A DNA stretch of 64,000 nt from the human T2T-CHM13v2.0 reference genome, Homo sapiens (GCF_009914755.1 NC_060939.1), one strand, 5' to 3'. Shown: positions 1 to 14,241, numbered from the stretch's first letter. Notes: generated by a model not told the origin, from the sequence alone. Numbers and translations: made by a program.

Positions 1-908
1 TAGGGGAAATGAATTCAAGAGCTCTATTCTACATCATGGTGACTATAATGAATAACACAGTGGCATGATCGTAAAATCTCATGAATTATTCTTCTACTCA
101 CTAACAATTTTATGATGTTTAGGAAGAAAAAAAGTTTTTTATGATTTTAAAATAAAAGAAATCAAGATCTGATCAGAAATGTTGGGCAAAACGAGGCAGG
201 ATCCAATTCTGTAGAATAAAGCTGGTGAATAAAATGGACCTTTGTGAATTAGAGAATATTGTCTGTAGCCTCAGGGATGAAAAACAACAGTAGAAAATTG
301 CAGCACTATGTGTAAATGCATGATGATTCCTTGCTGCACTGAGCTCATGATTCTCAAGATTTCAACTAAGTCTTCTCATTTGAAAGTACAAGAGAAAAGG
401 AATATTTTCTAGGCCTCTTCCAAGTTTTGGTACAGCCGGTAGGTGGAAATCTTTCTAGTGTTCCTCAAGGTTGCAAACAGCTTCACAGGAAGAGAACATC
501 GTTAGTGCTAACTAATCAGGACCTACGATGAATGCATTTGGTAACCAAAGTCAAGAAAGGTTTACTCAACTGACTTGAAGAATGGGTCCTCTAGTAGAGA
601 TACAAAGAAACTGCCACATCTTTTTCTTCTCTTGAGATATAACTCTGGAAAGCACCCCTGTCACCTTTACTTGAAGCCTCTCATTACTTGCACATTTTCT
701 CCCAATGTTAGTGAGAGAGAGATTTCCATGCACCTTGGTTAGGATGACACTTCTACATAGAATAACAATAATTAGAAATCTGAGCAACAATTTCTTTAGA
801 GATCAAAGCAATTTCTTTAATTGCTTTATGACCCAGGATGCCAACTGAATGGAGCTAATGCCTCTTCTATCAGGAACCAGGACAATTTCCAGATAATTAT
901 ATAAAATG

Positions 909-1431
909 TGCTATTGTAAATAGTGCTGCAATAAACATACATGTGCATGTGTCTTTATAGTAGAATGATTTATAGTCCTTTGGGTATCCCATCAATGATA
1001 GACTGGATAAAGAAAATGTGATACATTTACACCACAGAATACTATGCAGCCATAAAAAAGGATGAGTTCATGTCCTTTGCAGGGACATGAATGAAGCTGG
1101 AAACCATCATCCTCAGCAAACTAACACAGGAACAGAAAACCAAACACCGCATGTTCTCACTCATAAGTGGGAGTTGAACAATGAGAACACATGGACACAG
1201 GGAGGGAATACCACACACCAGGGCCTGTCAGGAGGTCGGGGGAAAGAGGAGGGAGAGTATTAGGACAAATACCTAATGCATGTGGGGCTTAAAACCTAGA
1301 TGACAGGTTGATGGGTGCAGCAAACCACCATGACACATGTATACCTATGTAACAAACCTGCACGTTCAGCACATGTATCCCAGAACTTAAAGTAACAAAA
1401 GAATAGGCCTTTCAAAAAACAAACAAACAAA
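909..1431 (+). mobile_element. L1PA (L1PA7/8-like) 3' fragment with 5' inversion
   Basis: 988-1400 is the L1PA 3' end (...GCACATGTATCCCAGAACTTAAAGTA) plus an A-rich tail. 909-987 is the reverse complement of the adjacent upstream L1 segment. Confidence 0.9.
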
Positions 1432-1825
1432 GAATGTGATCTACACCTGGTAATTCCAACCAGCATATTAACCCTAACCACAGAGAATATCCAACACGAC
1501 TCCAGAGGGTGGAGACCTGGGTAGAGAGCATGGCTGCCTCCAGGAGTGAATGCCCAGGAAGCTGGGCATTTAAGGAGATCAGAATTAGTGGCTGGAATGG
1601 TGATGGAAAGACTGTATCTATATATTTTTCTTTTTTTTTAGCAAATAATAGGCTCAATAATTTTAAACATTAAATTTTTATTGAGACTAGACAATATGTT
1701 CTCTTCCTTACATAAGCCATTCTCTCAAATATTCTTCTGCAGGAGTACCGTAAATAATGTACAATAAGATTTTTCTCTTTTTCTTTTTAATTTTGTTTTA
1801 ACAAAATACTGCCTATTAGACAATG

Positions 1826-2010
1826 GGGTGGTATAATAAAAACCATCCTCACTTTGGAGACAGAAGATGAAGGTTCAAGTCCTGGCTATGACATTTACTT
1901 GTAAACCTTGAGAGAGTCACATAATTCCATGAATTTTCATTGCTTAGTAAAATAAAAGAATACTTATTCCCATGTACCTCTAGAGCTTTGTAAGGATAAA
2001 TTAAAATGGA
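1826..2010 (+). mobile_element. MIR fragment
   Basis: Degenerate MIR core (GGTTCAAGTCCTGGCT...ACCTTG...TGTAAGGATAAATT). Confidence 0.55.
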
Positions 2011-2267
2011 GTATGTATTATCATTTATAATTTTATAGATTTACAAATGTAAGTAGTTATTAACTTTATATTTTAGTTCTTTATATAGAATGTCAGTTCA
2101 TATTATTGAAGGAAAACATAATTTTTTATTCCATTTATTAATACAAGATATGATATTCAATATTTTACTTAAAAGTACAATAACAGTCATCTTCTCAAAC
2201 CACATGTATTTACTAATTCTCAACTAATTAGGAGATGTTGATAGAGATGTTTTTGATCAATGGTTCC

Positions 2268-2304
2268 TGTGTATGTGTGTGTGTGTGTGTGTTTGTGTAT
2301 ATGT
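2268..2304. repeat. (TG)n microsatellite
   Basis: Interrupted TG run. Confidence 0.85.
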
Positions 2305-3214
2305 GAGAAAGACATACAGACAAGTGTACTGTGATGTCTTCAAGAACTGGTTCAGAAATGCTGAAAGCTCTGGGGAACTCCGTAAGCCCCAGGAGTTGGT
2401 ACTGGCCTTGCTGATAAAGAATGGTCATGCTTGACCTCTTTCACCTTCATTTCTGTTCCTCTTCTAGCTCTCTGCTCCCAGGGCACTTGGAGAAATTGCC
2501 TTTCTCTCCTATAAGCTCTTCTGGGGCAGGGCAGGATTGTGTCATATTCACAACCATCCATTTGCCAGGAATCAGCACTGACTGGCAACTCATAAATGTG
2601 AAGCTTAACTAAGTAAAGCTGAACTCACTGGGTGTCTTTCTTCAGCTTTCTTTGTTGGTTCCGCTTACTCTGCTCATTGCTTCAGTTCATTCTGTACACT
2701 GACATCAAAGTGGCTGCTTAAATGCAAAATTTCATCATGACAACTCATGGCTAAAAACCCAACTTCACATGCTCGGCTTCTAGGTTTTTCATTATCTAAA
2801 TGCATCCTGCTTTACTGGACCTATTTCTCACACTGTTGTTCTCACCTGTTATGCTTTCTGTTCATATTGTAGGTACTTGCAATTCTAAGAATAGTGCATG
2901 GTCTTTTATTTCTCTAGATATTTGCACATGCTATGCCTTACGCATGAATATCTTTCAGCCTCACCTATGAGAATTTGCTCTTCACTTCAGAATTTTCAGA
3001 AATTTCCTTGCAGTTTCTCTAACCATAATGTTTTCAGGGAAGACACTGGAAAATATTTGGCAAGCTTGACACCGTTATGTCTTCTAATATTGAAAGCAGA
3101 CATGACTGATCCGTCACTACAGTCTTCACAAGTTTCATGTTCACAATACATTTAAGCACCCATTACCAAATATTAACATCCGCATATAAACTAAGCTCTG
3201 TTAACCTAGCCAGG

Positions 3215-5475
3215 CATATTAGTCAGTTCTCACGCTGCTGATAAAGACATACCTGAGACTGGGCAATTTACAAAAGAAAGAGGTATAATTGGACTTACAG
3301 TTACACTTGGCTAGGGAAACCTCACAGTCATGGCAGAAGGCAAGGACGAGCAAGTCAGGTCTTAAGTGGATAGCAGCAGGCAAACAGAGAGCTTATGCAG
3401 GAAAACTTCCCCTTACCATCAGATCTTGTGAGACTTCCTCTCATGAGAACAGCATGGGAAAGACCTGCACCATGATTCAATTACCTGCCACCAGGTCCCT
3501 CCCACAACACGTGGGAATTCAAGATAAGATTTTGGTGGGGACACAGCCAAACCATATAATTCTGCCCCTGGCCCCTCCCAAATCTCATGTCCTCACATTT
3601 CAAAGCCAATCATGCCTTCCCATCAGTCCTGCAAAGTCTTAACTCATTTCAGCATTACTCAAAAGTCAATAGTCCAAAGTCTCATCTGAGACAAGAGAAT
3701 TGCCTTCTGCCTATGAGCCTGTAAAATCAAAAGCAAGTTAGTTACTTCCTAGATAAGATGTGGGTATAAGCATTGGATAAATACAGCCATTCCAAATGGG
3801 AGACATTGGCCAAAACAAAGGGGCTACAGGCCCCATGCAAATCTGAAATCCAGCAAGGCAGTCAAATCTTCAAGCTGTGAAATGATTTCCTTTGGCTCTG
3901 TGTCTCACATCCAGGTCACACTGATGCAAGATGTGGGTTCCCATGGTCTTGGGCAGCTCCACCCCTGAGGCTTTGGTGGGTACAGCCTCTCTCTTGGCTG
4001 CTTCTGTCGGCTGGCATTGAGTATCTGTGACTTTTCCAGGTGGATGGTACAAGCTGTCAGTGAATCTGCCATTCTGGGGTCTGGAGGATGGTGGCCCTCT
4101 TCTCATAGCATCCCTAGATGGTGCCCCAGTAAGGACTCTGTGTGGGGGCTCTGACCCCACATTTCCCTTTCACACTGCCCTAGCTGAGGTTCTCCATGAG
4201 CCCCCCACTCCCACCCTGGCCACAGCAAACTTTTGCCTGGGCATCCAGGCATTTTCATACATCTGAAATCTAGGCCGAGGTTCCTAAACCTCAATTCTTG
4301 ACTTCTGTGCACCTGCAGACTCAACACCACGTGGAAGCTGCCAAGGCTTGGGGCTTCCACCTTCTGAAGCAAAGCCCAAGCTGTACTTTGGCCCTTTTTA
4401 GTCATGGCTGGGGTGGCTGGGATGCAGGGCACCAAGTCCTTAGATTGCACACAGCACAGGGACCCTGGGCCTGGCCCAGGAAACCATTTTATCCTAGGCC
4501 TCTGAGCCTGTGATGGAAGGGGCTACCATGAAGACCTCTGACATGCCCTGGAGACATTGTCCCCATTGTTTTGGGGATTAACATTGGGCTCCTAGTTACT
4601 TATGCAAATTTCTGCAATCCACTCATAAAATGGATTTTCTTTTCTATCACATTGTTAGGCTGCAAATTTTCTCAACCTTTATGCTCTGCTTCCCTTATAA
4701 AACTGAGTGCCTTTAACAGCACCCAAGTCATCTCTTGAATGTTTTGCTGCTTAGAAATTTCTTCCACCAGATGCACTAAATCATCTCTCTCAAGTTCAAA
4801 GATCCACAAATCTCTAGGGCAGGGACAAAATGCTGCCAGTCTTTTTACTAAAACATAACAAGAGTCACCTTTGCTCCAGTTCCCAACAAGTTCCTCATCT
4901 CTATCTGAGACCACATCAGCCTGGCCCTTATTGTCCATATCACTATCAGGCTTTTGGTTAAAGCCATTCAGCAAGTCTCTAGGAAGTTCCACACTTTCCC
5001 ACATTTTCCTGTCTTTTTCTGAGCCCTCCAAAGTGTTCCAACCTCTGCCTGTTACCCAGTTCCAAAGTTGCTTCTACATTTTTGGGTATTTTTTCAGTAA
5101 TGCCCCACTCTACTGGTACCAATTTCCTGTATTAGCCTCTTTTCATGCTTCTAATAAAGACATACCTGAGACTGGACAATTTACAAAAGAGGTTTAATTA
5201 GACTTACAGTTCCATGTGGCTGGGAAAGCCTCACAATCATGGTGGAAGGCAAAGAGGAGCAAATCACATCTTACATGGATGGCAGCAGGCAAAGAGAGAG
5301 CTTGTGAAGGAAAATTCCCCCTTATATTAACCATCAGATCTTGTGAGACTTCCTCTCATGAGAACAGCACAGGAAAGACTTGCCCTCATGATTCAATTAC
5401 CTGCCACCAGGTCCCTCCCACAACACATGGGAATTCAAGATGAGATTTGGGTGGGGACAAAGCCAAACCATATCA
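3215..5475 (-). mobile_element. Full-length THE1 (THE1B-like) MaLR element; LTRs 3215-3559 and 5128-5475
   Basis: Two similar LTRs ending ...AGCCAAACCATAT(A/C)A, about 1.57 kb of internal sequence, and a 5-bp target-site duplication (TSD) CCAGG at 3210-3214 and 5476-5480. Confidence 0.95.
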
Positions 5476-5519
5476 CCAGGTTTCAGAAGATGAGAGGAAA
5501 CTCACCCAGCACTGACTCT

Positions 5520-5817
5520 TCTGGATAGCTTCTTGCCTGGTAACCTCAGACTGAATGTGTCCTTCACAGGCCCAAGCTCCTCTCAAGATGGCCCTTTCCT
5601 TACAACGTCTCATGCTAGGTTCCAGAAACTCCTCCTCTAGCCTGTTCTGGCCAAGACAGTAATGGCTCCACTGTCACTAGAATAGGGCATTTCACTAACC
5701 TCTGTTCTTTTCCTATACACTGTTCTTCCCTTTGTAAATAGGTTCTTTATTCAATCTTCTGCAATTACCTTTATTTGTTTGTGACAGCTGCTTTCTGCTG
5801 GTAAACTGACTGACACA
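5520..5817 (+). mobile_element. Old ERVL LTR fragment (LTR33-like)
   Basis: 3' end CTTTGTAAATAGGTTCTTTATT...CTGACTGACACA resembles the LTR33 terminus. Confidence 0.55.
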
Positions 5818-5865
5818 GTAGGAATTTTGAAGCTACCAGTTTAAATAGCAATATAATTTTCATAA

Positions 5866-8323
5866 TTAAGTGGGATTTATCCCTGGGATGCAGGAATGGT
5901 TCAACATACACAAATCAATATATACTATCTACCACATTAAAAGAATGAAAGACAGAATTAATATGATCATTTCCATAGATGCAGAAAATGTGTTTGACAA
6001 AATTCAACATCCATTCATGATAGATACTCTCAATAAGGAACAGAATGAATGTACCTTAACACAACAAAGGCCATATATGACAATCCCAAAGCTAACATCA
6101 TACTTAACAGTGAAAAGTTGAAAGCTTTTCCTCTAAGATCAGGAACAAGATAAGGACGTGTCCGCTCTCACCACTTTCATTTAACATGTTACTGAAAGTC
6201 CTAGCCAGAGCAGTTAGGTAAGAGAAAGAAATAAAAGGCATCCAAATAGGAAGGAAAAAAGTTAAATCGTCACTGCTTGCAGATGATATGATCTTATATA
6301 GAGAAAACCATAAAGACTCCACCAAGAAACTGTTAGAACTAATAAAGAATACAGTAAAGTTGCAGGATAAAAAAATTAACATATGTACCCTAAAACTTAA
6401 AGTATAATAATAATAAAAAATAAAAAAATTAACATACAAAAATAAGGATGTTTCTACAGTAACAAGGAACTATCTGAAAGAAATTAAGACTACAACCCCC
6501 TTTACAATAGTTACAAAAAATTATATAAGAATAAATTTAACCAGGGATATGAAAGATCCACACACTGAAAAGCACAAAACATTGATGAAAGAAATTGTAG
6601 AAGACATAACTAAATGGAAAGATATCTCATGCTCATGAACTAGAAGACTTAATATTGTTAAAAGTTTATGCCACCCAAAACAATCTACAGATTCTGTGTA
6701 ATCCATATCAAAATTCCAATGATTTTTTATAGAAATAGAAAAATCAATCCTAAAATTTGTGTGGAATCTCAAATAGCCTAAGTAACTTGATCAAAATGAA
6801 CAAAGCTGACAGCATCACATAACCCAATTTCAAAATCTACTCTCAAGCTATAGGAATCAAAAGAGTATGGTACAAGCATAAACAAATAAATACATCATTT
6901 TTGGTCAATTTATTTTCAATAAAGGTGCCAAGAACACACAATGGAAAAAGAATAGTCTCTTCAATAAGAGGTTGTAGGAAAAGTGGATAACCACACACAG
7001 AAGAATGAAATTCAACTTTTATATTACACTAAATACAAAAGTCAACTCAAAATGGATTAAAGACTTAAACCTAAAACCAAAAACTATAAAACTACTAGAA
7101 GAAAGTTTAGGGGCAAAACTATAGAACATTGATATAGGCAATAATTTTTTTAGATTTGACCTCAAAAGCACAAAGCTAAAATAGACAAAGAGGATTGCAT
7201 CAAACTAAAAAGCTTCTGCACAGCCAAGGAAACATTCAACAGAGTGAAGAGACAACCTACAGAATATGAGAAAATATTGGCAAACCATGAATATGGTAAG
7301 GAGTTGATATCCAAAATATATAAAGAACTCAAAAGTAAGAAAACAAAATACCTGATTAAAAGTAAGCAAAGGATGTGAATAGACATTTTTCAAAAGAAGT
7401 TATACAAATAGCCAACAGGTATAAAAATGCTCAACACCACCTATCACCAGGGAAATGCGAATCACAACCACAGTAAGGTATCATCTCACATTTGCTAGAA
7501 GGGCTATTATCAAAAACTTGAATGACAACAAGTATTGGTGAGAATGTGAAGAAAAGGGAAATCTTTTTAACTGTTTGTGGGAATGTAGATTGGTACAGTC
7601 ATTATGGAAAACAGTATGGAACTCCCTCAAAAATTAAAAATAGAACTACCATATGATCCAGTAATTCTACCACTTGGATATATTTCCAAAGGATATGAAA
7701 TTGGTATGTCAAAGAGATATCTGCACTGTCCTGTTCATTGCAGCACTATCACAAGAGCTAAAATAGATTTAGCTGTTTAGCTATTAGAATCAACCTAAGC
7801 GTTCATTAGTGGATGAATGGATAAAGAAAATGTGGTATATATACACAATGGAATAGCTTTAAAAATGAAGGAAATCTTGTCATTTGCACCAACATGAATA
7901 GACATGGAGGACATTGCATTACGTAAAATAAGCTAGGCACAGAAAGACGAATACCACATGATCTCACTTACACGTGGAGTATAAAACAGTCCAACTTATA
8001 GAAATAAGAAATAAAATGGTGGTTACCAGAGGCTAGGAAATGGAGGGACTGAGGACGTGAGGGTCAAAGGGAGAAAACTTCAGTTAGGGGAAGCAAGCTC
8101 AAGCGCTCTATTATACACCATGCTGACGACAATCAATGCAAATGTATTGCATATTTCAAAATTGCTAAGAAAGTAGATTCTAAGTGTTGTCCCCACAACA
8201 GATAAAAATGTGATGTAAGGTATATGTTATATAGCTTGATTTAATCATTCTACAATGTATACATATATCAAAAACATCATGTTGTACAACATAAATATAT
8301 ATAATTTTACTTGTCAATTAAAA
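5866..8323 (+). mobile_element. L1MA (L1MA4-like) 5'-truncated LINE-1, decayed ORF2 and 3'UTR
   Basis: ORF2 RT remnant [15 protein letters not shown]...[18 protein letters not shown], then an L1MA-type 3'UTR. Confidence 0.92.
6384..6420 (+). mobile_element. Minimal L1PA 3'-end insertion inside the L1MA
   Basis: TGTACCCTAAAACTTAAAGTATAATAATAATAAAAAA flanked by TAAAAAAATTAACATA at 6368-6383 and 6421-6436. Confidence 0.85.
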
Positions 8324-8364
8324 GAGATACTATTGGTTGTTTCTGTACATATGTATATGCATAT

Positions 8365-8785
8365 TTATATCGTTTGGATATTTGTCCTCACTCAAATCAC
8401 ATGTTGAAATATAACCCCCAATATTGCAGGTGGGGCCTGGTGGGAGGTGACTGGATCGTGGAGGTGGATTTCTCATGAACAGTTTAGCACCATCCTCTTG
8501 GTGCTGGCCTCCTGATAGTGAGTGACTTCTCAGAAAATTTCGTTGTTTAAAAGTGTGTCACCTCTGTCTCTCTCTTGCTCCTGCTTTTGCCATGTGATGT
8601 GTCTTCCCCCGCTTTGCCTTCCACCATTAGTAAAAGCTCCCTGAGGCCTCTCCAAAAGCCAAGTAGATGCTGGTGCCGTGTCTCCTGTAAAGCCCGCAGA
8701 ACCTGAGCTAATTAGACCTATTTTACTTATCAATTATTCAGTCTCAGGTATTTCTTTATAGCAATGCAAGAATGGCCTAATATAC
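8365..8785 (+). mobile_element. MST (MSTA/B-like) solo LTR
   Basis: GTTTGGATATTTGTCC...GGGCCTGGTGGGAGGTG...CTCAGGTATTTCTTTATAGCAATGCAAGAATGGCCTAATA. Confidence 0.88.
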
Positions 8786-10322
8786 ATATAAACATATATT
8801 TACATATTTTTTACATTTAATTGTGTTTATATGTATACTATACATAATTATTAAAATATAAAATACTTTTTCTGATGACACACATGTTACTTCAGTGTGC
8901 AACTCATTGGACTAATTTGGGAGACTAGAAACCACAGTTCCTGCAGTGAATAATTATCCTTTTATTTACATTTGCCAGTCTTTGCAAAATGTCACTCTTT
9001 TGGATTTGTGCTTAGCCTGAAATTTTGCTCAACATGGGTCATTCCATTCTTGAGATATTTTTATGTTTTATTTAATGTTTAGTTGTCACCTTTCTTCAAT
9101 TTGAATTTCTTTGATTTGCCCACAGCCTTTTCCCCTTGAACATATTGTCCTTAACAAAGGTTGCACACAGCAGTTACACTTCCACTTTAAAATGTACAGT
9201 TATCCTAAGTGAGTAATAAAAGTGACAGAGGTCTCTTTCACCTCTACAATAAAGTCCTGTCATTGAAACATGGAGAAAGTTTTTAGAATATATGCTTGCT
9301 TTCTTATTTGAGAATATTCAATGCTTTTACAAAAAGAAAATAAACAGGAGTGATACAACTGATAAAGAATGTTAAGCATAGATAGTGAGAAAGCTATCTT
9401 ACAATAAAGAGAGAGAGAGAGAGAAACCTTATAGGATGTGTTAAGTCTGGGTATGAATAAGCAAGTAGTTTTTGCTATGTAGGCAGAATTCAAAAGAGAT
9501 GTTAGCTAGATGATGTATGATGATAATCTCTAAGAATGTTAAAGATAGAAAGAATAAATGGGTTACATGATGTAACAAATACAAGACTTTCTTCTGAAAA
9601 AAGACAATATGAAAAGGCCGAATCATAAGACATGATTCTCTCAATTCACAGCTATTTCTAAATTCACTGCCCATTGGTAGCACATGCAATAGTCCCCTGA
9701 TGGCTCCACATACACTATGCCCAATAAATACAGATAAAACCCACATCTGTTCAGCAAGCTAACTGGTGATGTCATCTGCAGTCAGGAATACTTGCCTGAT
9801 TATCTCAAATACAGCAAGTGTATTCTGTTGCCCCAAGCATCATCTATTGGCCCCCAACATCAGCTGGGAAGGGTGATGAAGCAGAGAGAGAGAGAGGGAG
9901 AGAGCATAAATATGGTAATGTGTTAATCTAAAATCTATAATTCAGGGAGGATGGCCCTTCAACCTGCTTGAATCCCACCTTACCTCTTTTTTCTTTCTTC
10001 TTGTTTCTTGCTATGTATTTAAAATAGATTTGATAAGTGTGTGATTGAAGAATATTAATTTTAACAGTGAGCTTTTCTCTTCTATGACCTCTGAATAACT
10101 TTCCTAGAAGTGTCCTGCGAAGCTACGATTGCATTAATTTTCCTACATGACTGTTGCAAAAAAATTCTAGTCTTCTACTTGAATTCTGTGAGATTATCAC
10201 TTACTGGGATCATGTGATGTATTTTTAAGATGACTGGATAATGCCATTCATCCATGTGGTTATCAAGCCTATTACTTGAATCCATGTATTCTTCTAGGCC
10301 AAGTCACTATGCTGACAGCATT

Positions 10323-10802
10323 TGTGATGGTTAATTTTAGTCATCACCTTGACTGGTTTCAAGGAATATACAGATAGCTGCTAAAACATTATTTCTGGGT
10401 ATGTCTGTGAGGGTGTTTCTGGAAGAGATTAGCATTTGAATCAGTAGACTGAGTGAAGAAGATCTGCCCTTACCAATCCGTGTAGGGACTAGATAGAACA
10501 AAACAACAGAGGAAAGGTGAATTTGCTGTCTCTTCTGGAGCTGGGAGCTTCTCCAGCCCTCAGACAACAGAGCTCCAGGTTCTCAGGCCTTTGGACTCAG
10601 ACTGCATTACACTACAGACTTCCCTGGTTCTCCTGCTTGCAGATGGTGTATCATACGATTTCTCAGTCTCCGTAACTGGGTGAGCCAATTTCCGTAGTGT
10701 ATCTCCTCATGTATCTCTATCTCTTTCCATTCTTTACACCTATTTATCTAATCCATCTGTATCACATTAGTTCTGTTTCTCTGGAGAAGCCTGATTAATA
10801 TG
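10323..10802 (+). mobile_element. MLT2-family solo LTR
   Basis: TGTGATGGTTAATTTT...GGGTGTTTCTGGAAGAGATTAGCATTTGAATCAGTAGACTGAGT...TCTGTTTCTCTGGAGAAGCCTGATTAAT. Confidence 0.88.
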
Positions 10803-13461
10803 CCATCCTATTCAATTAAAGTAGTAGGGCTCAAATTTGGTTGCTCATTGGAATTACCTCAGGAGTTCTGGAAACCAAGTTGCCTGCTTTTAGTGCTGTC
10901 TGGGGGTAACATACATAAAAGGGTTTCAATTGAGCCATGTCCCTGTTCCTCTTACCTTGACTGCCATAAGCCCAACTGCACCATTCACAGCAAAAAATAA
11001 GAATGCTTGTCCACCTCTACTACGAAAGGAGCTAGGATGAAATTGGGAGCCAGTGGTCAATCTCATGGTAAGTACATTCAGGATTTTGCACAGTTCTACA
11101 GCATTTGCAACCACCAGCATTTTCACAAATAAACCTTCATTGCGTATCTGTCCTTCCTGATTCCCAACTGCACATATGTGCAAAATCTTTTTAAAAAGTC
11201 TAAAATAATGCATGTGCCGATATCATTTTGACTAAAAAATGACATAATAAGGCCATTTCTGTATTGCCAATGTTTTTTATTTTTTTCTGCTCCTTGTTTT
11301 ATTTTTCTTGTAACCAGACCAATCTCTTGCATAGTCTCTGTTTCTTATGTTATTTACTTTTTCTTCTGTAAACTTGCTCTCACATGACTTTTATTCACTG
11401 CTTTTCATAAGATTTTGTACTTTGTGACTTGCAGGATATTACTTAAATAAATAAAAGCAAAACTTATAAACTCAGGAAATCAAAGAGCTTTTAGTCCATT
11501 CCAGTTTTAATTTATCTTTGTAGGATCTGACATATGAAGCTTTACTAGCAAGGGAGGTGACTTATTGTAAACCACATGGATTTTGGAAATTGAGGTTTGA
11601 ATCTTGGTTTAGTTAGTCTACAACCTTGAGAAAGTTATTTATGTATCTGCAAAACAAGGCTAATAATACCAAACTTTCAAGGTCATTGACATACATACAT
11701 ACATACATTCATGTCTGTGTTTATCTATCTATCTATGTCGTATTTGGAAGCAAATGGTAGCTACTAATAGCTTGCCAACTCTGGGTGAAAGCGAGATTGA
11801 TGGCTGGGGAGATGGGCTGGTGAAAAGTAGGTCTTGTCAATTATTTTTTAGACATAGTTTCACGATTATTCTAAGTAAAGGGCACCAAAATCTCCAAAAG
11901 GAGAATTCGAAAGGAAGCATGGCAGGCAGGATGTGGATTTGAATATAATATACCCACATGACTTATGACTAAAGGCAGGTGACCTTTTATAGCTTTTAAT
12001 ATTGCAGATAAAATTACGCAGCCTAGTATCTTGCAAATTTGTTAGCTAAAATCTTAATGTGTCTGAATGATCCATTTTATTTTGAAGATTACATCACTTC
12101 AACTTTTTGAAAAAGTACTTATTGCAGGATACAAAAGAAGATTAAGATGTGGTTCTTGGCCCCATTGAATTGTAATTGCAATAGGAAAACAAGCTATGTA
12201 CAGGTGAAGTAGTTTAGATAGTGCTACAAGATGGTATCTGATTTCAAGTTTATGATTGACAGATAAGTACAGATAAAGTCTTTGGAGAAAGAGATCAATG
12301 TGGGCTGGAATTGTCTGAGAAATTTTGCTAAAAGTCAGGTGACTTGAGCTGGCTTTAACATTTTGAGGTTAAGGGACGGAGGGTATTTTCTGATGTCAAA
12401 TGATTTGAACTATGGTTTCCTATCACATAGGGATTCATTAAATTGTATTTCACTTGCTCTCATTTTTCTTAGAGTTGCAGGGTTATTCATTTTTAATGTC
12501 TAATTTTCAGGCTCTCACATCAAAGGGAGCTATTTAAGGAATATTCTGTGGCTTTAGTCCTGAACACCTTGCTCTATCAGAAGCGCCACATAGCCTCTCA
12601 TTTGTAAAACTTGATGCATGTACAGGGCACTTATTGCAGTGTCAAGGTACAAAAATTATTTCAATTTAAACTATCTTCACACTGAGAACCAAACTTTAAG
12701 ATGTTTTAATGAAGAAAAACCCATGCGACCGCCCATCCATTCCTAGGTACCATCTGCCTTCAAATGCCCTCCTCCCATTTACATATCTAATTCTTCAATG
12801 GCAGTAACAGATCACTGCACGATTTTTGCTGGAGGAAAGAAATAGTAGGAGCTTTTCATAAAGCACATTTATGTCTCTGAAGGTTTGAAGTCAAAAACTA
12901 ATGTTATGAAGAGAACTGATTTTATACTTACTCTGACTGAAATTAAAATGAATATTGGTTATATCTGGAGGGATTTTGTGAAACAATGCCAGTGGAAGAA
13001 TGAGAAACTGAATATACACATACACATAACACTTTTATGACTGAGATGGCATGGGGGCCACTGAAGCCGAGTAAGAAGCTGCCACACCCATCATCTTGAT
13101 TGGCTTTCGTCTTAAATGCACTTGGTCTGACACAATTTCGTCAGGGAAATGCATACTCTATGTGCCAGGGAACCAAAAATTAAATCTCCTTTCTTGTAGC
13201 GGAATGCTTTCTCTTCAATCTAGCCTGAATCTGAATCTGGCTTCTAGGGCAAGACTGAAGATACACTGGAGTTAAATATTAAATATTATTTTAAAAATTT
13301 CAATGCAGACTGAAACTACCTCACTTCTGTCCTAGTCAAGAGAAACAAAACGAAATAAATACACAGCAGTACTGAGAGTAATATGGGCCCAGGGTTTACA
13401 TGAGCGGCTCAGAGATTTCTGGAGGACTTCTGAAAGACAGGAAGTTAATGAGATTCTATTT

Positions 13462-13551
13462 ATATGAGTTTCCTAGGGCTGCCATAACAAATTACTACAC
13501 GCTTGGTGACTTAAAACAACTGAAATGGATTCTCGTGCAGTTCTGGAGGCT
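13462..13551 (-). mobile_element. Truncated MLT1 LTR end
   Basis: GTTTCCTAGGGCTGCCATAACAAATTAC...CAGTTCTGGAGGCT, then abrupt loss of similarity. Confidence 0.7.
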
Positions 13552-14241
13552 GTTATACGAATAAAAGAGAACAGAGTTGCTAGTTGTCCAAAATTTGCCC
13601 AGAAGGGAGCAGAAGAAGTAGGGAAGATGGATACTATTGTCAAGGGTAGGGCCTCAGGAGGTTTTAAGCTTCATGTGATCAAATGAGTAAAGCAAAGTTG
13701 TAATGGAACAAAAATCAGGGAAATCATTGAGGTTTTGTGGATGAATAGTTCTATGTCTTTCCAACTTCCCTTTCTCTTCCCTCCTTTTGGCCCATTCTGA
13801 GATAAAAGCAGGCAGAGTTGCCTTTACGCCTGACCTTCTTGCTAGCTACGACCAGCAAATAACACTCTCATGTAATAACCATTCTTCCTGAGTAGGATTA
13901 GTCCTTTGATTTATTATGATTCTCTGGCATTTTAGGGCAATCTTAGCTGCTCTCCTGCTCATGTCAAGGTTGTCTTGACATGCCTGTCTGCACATAGAGT
14001 TCAGAGCCAGCCTGCCCACTCAGAAGACAGACCTGCTGATGATGAAATCATTCACAACTGAAACAAAATCTTACAGAAGCTACGTGTGTCAGTCATCTAG
14101 TTCTTTCACATGAATATAAACAGAGAATCAAGGATCATCAGACACATGCAGCTCTCACTCAGGATTTAGATAAAAGTCACTTCCTTGGGAAAAAAATGAT
14201 TTCTACTTTATCTGTATCGCTCTTGAGTTCAATCAGTAGAA

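Noticed and set aside
315-350. ATGATGA...CTGA as a C/D-box snoRNA
   Set aside because: Boxes are too close together and there is no terminal stem.
3289-5528. Cluster of 60-120 aa ORFs
   Set aside because: All lie inside the THE1 element.
5870-7393. RT-like ORFs (also at 27.7-28.9 kb and 42-56 kb)
   Set aside because: Fragmented L1 ORF2 remnants with stops and frameshifts.
10926-11332. Overlapping minus-strand ORFs and a donor-like ATG|GTAAGT at 11067
   Set aside because: No recognisable homology and no partner exon.
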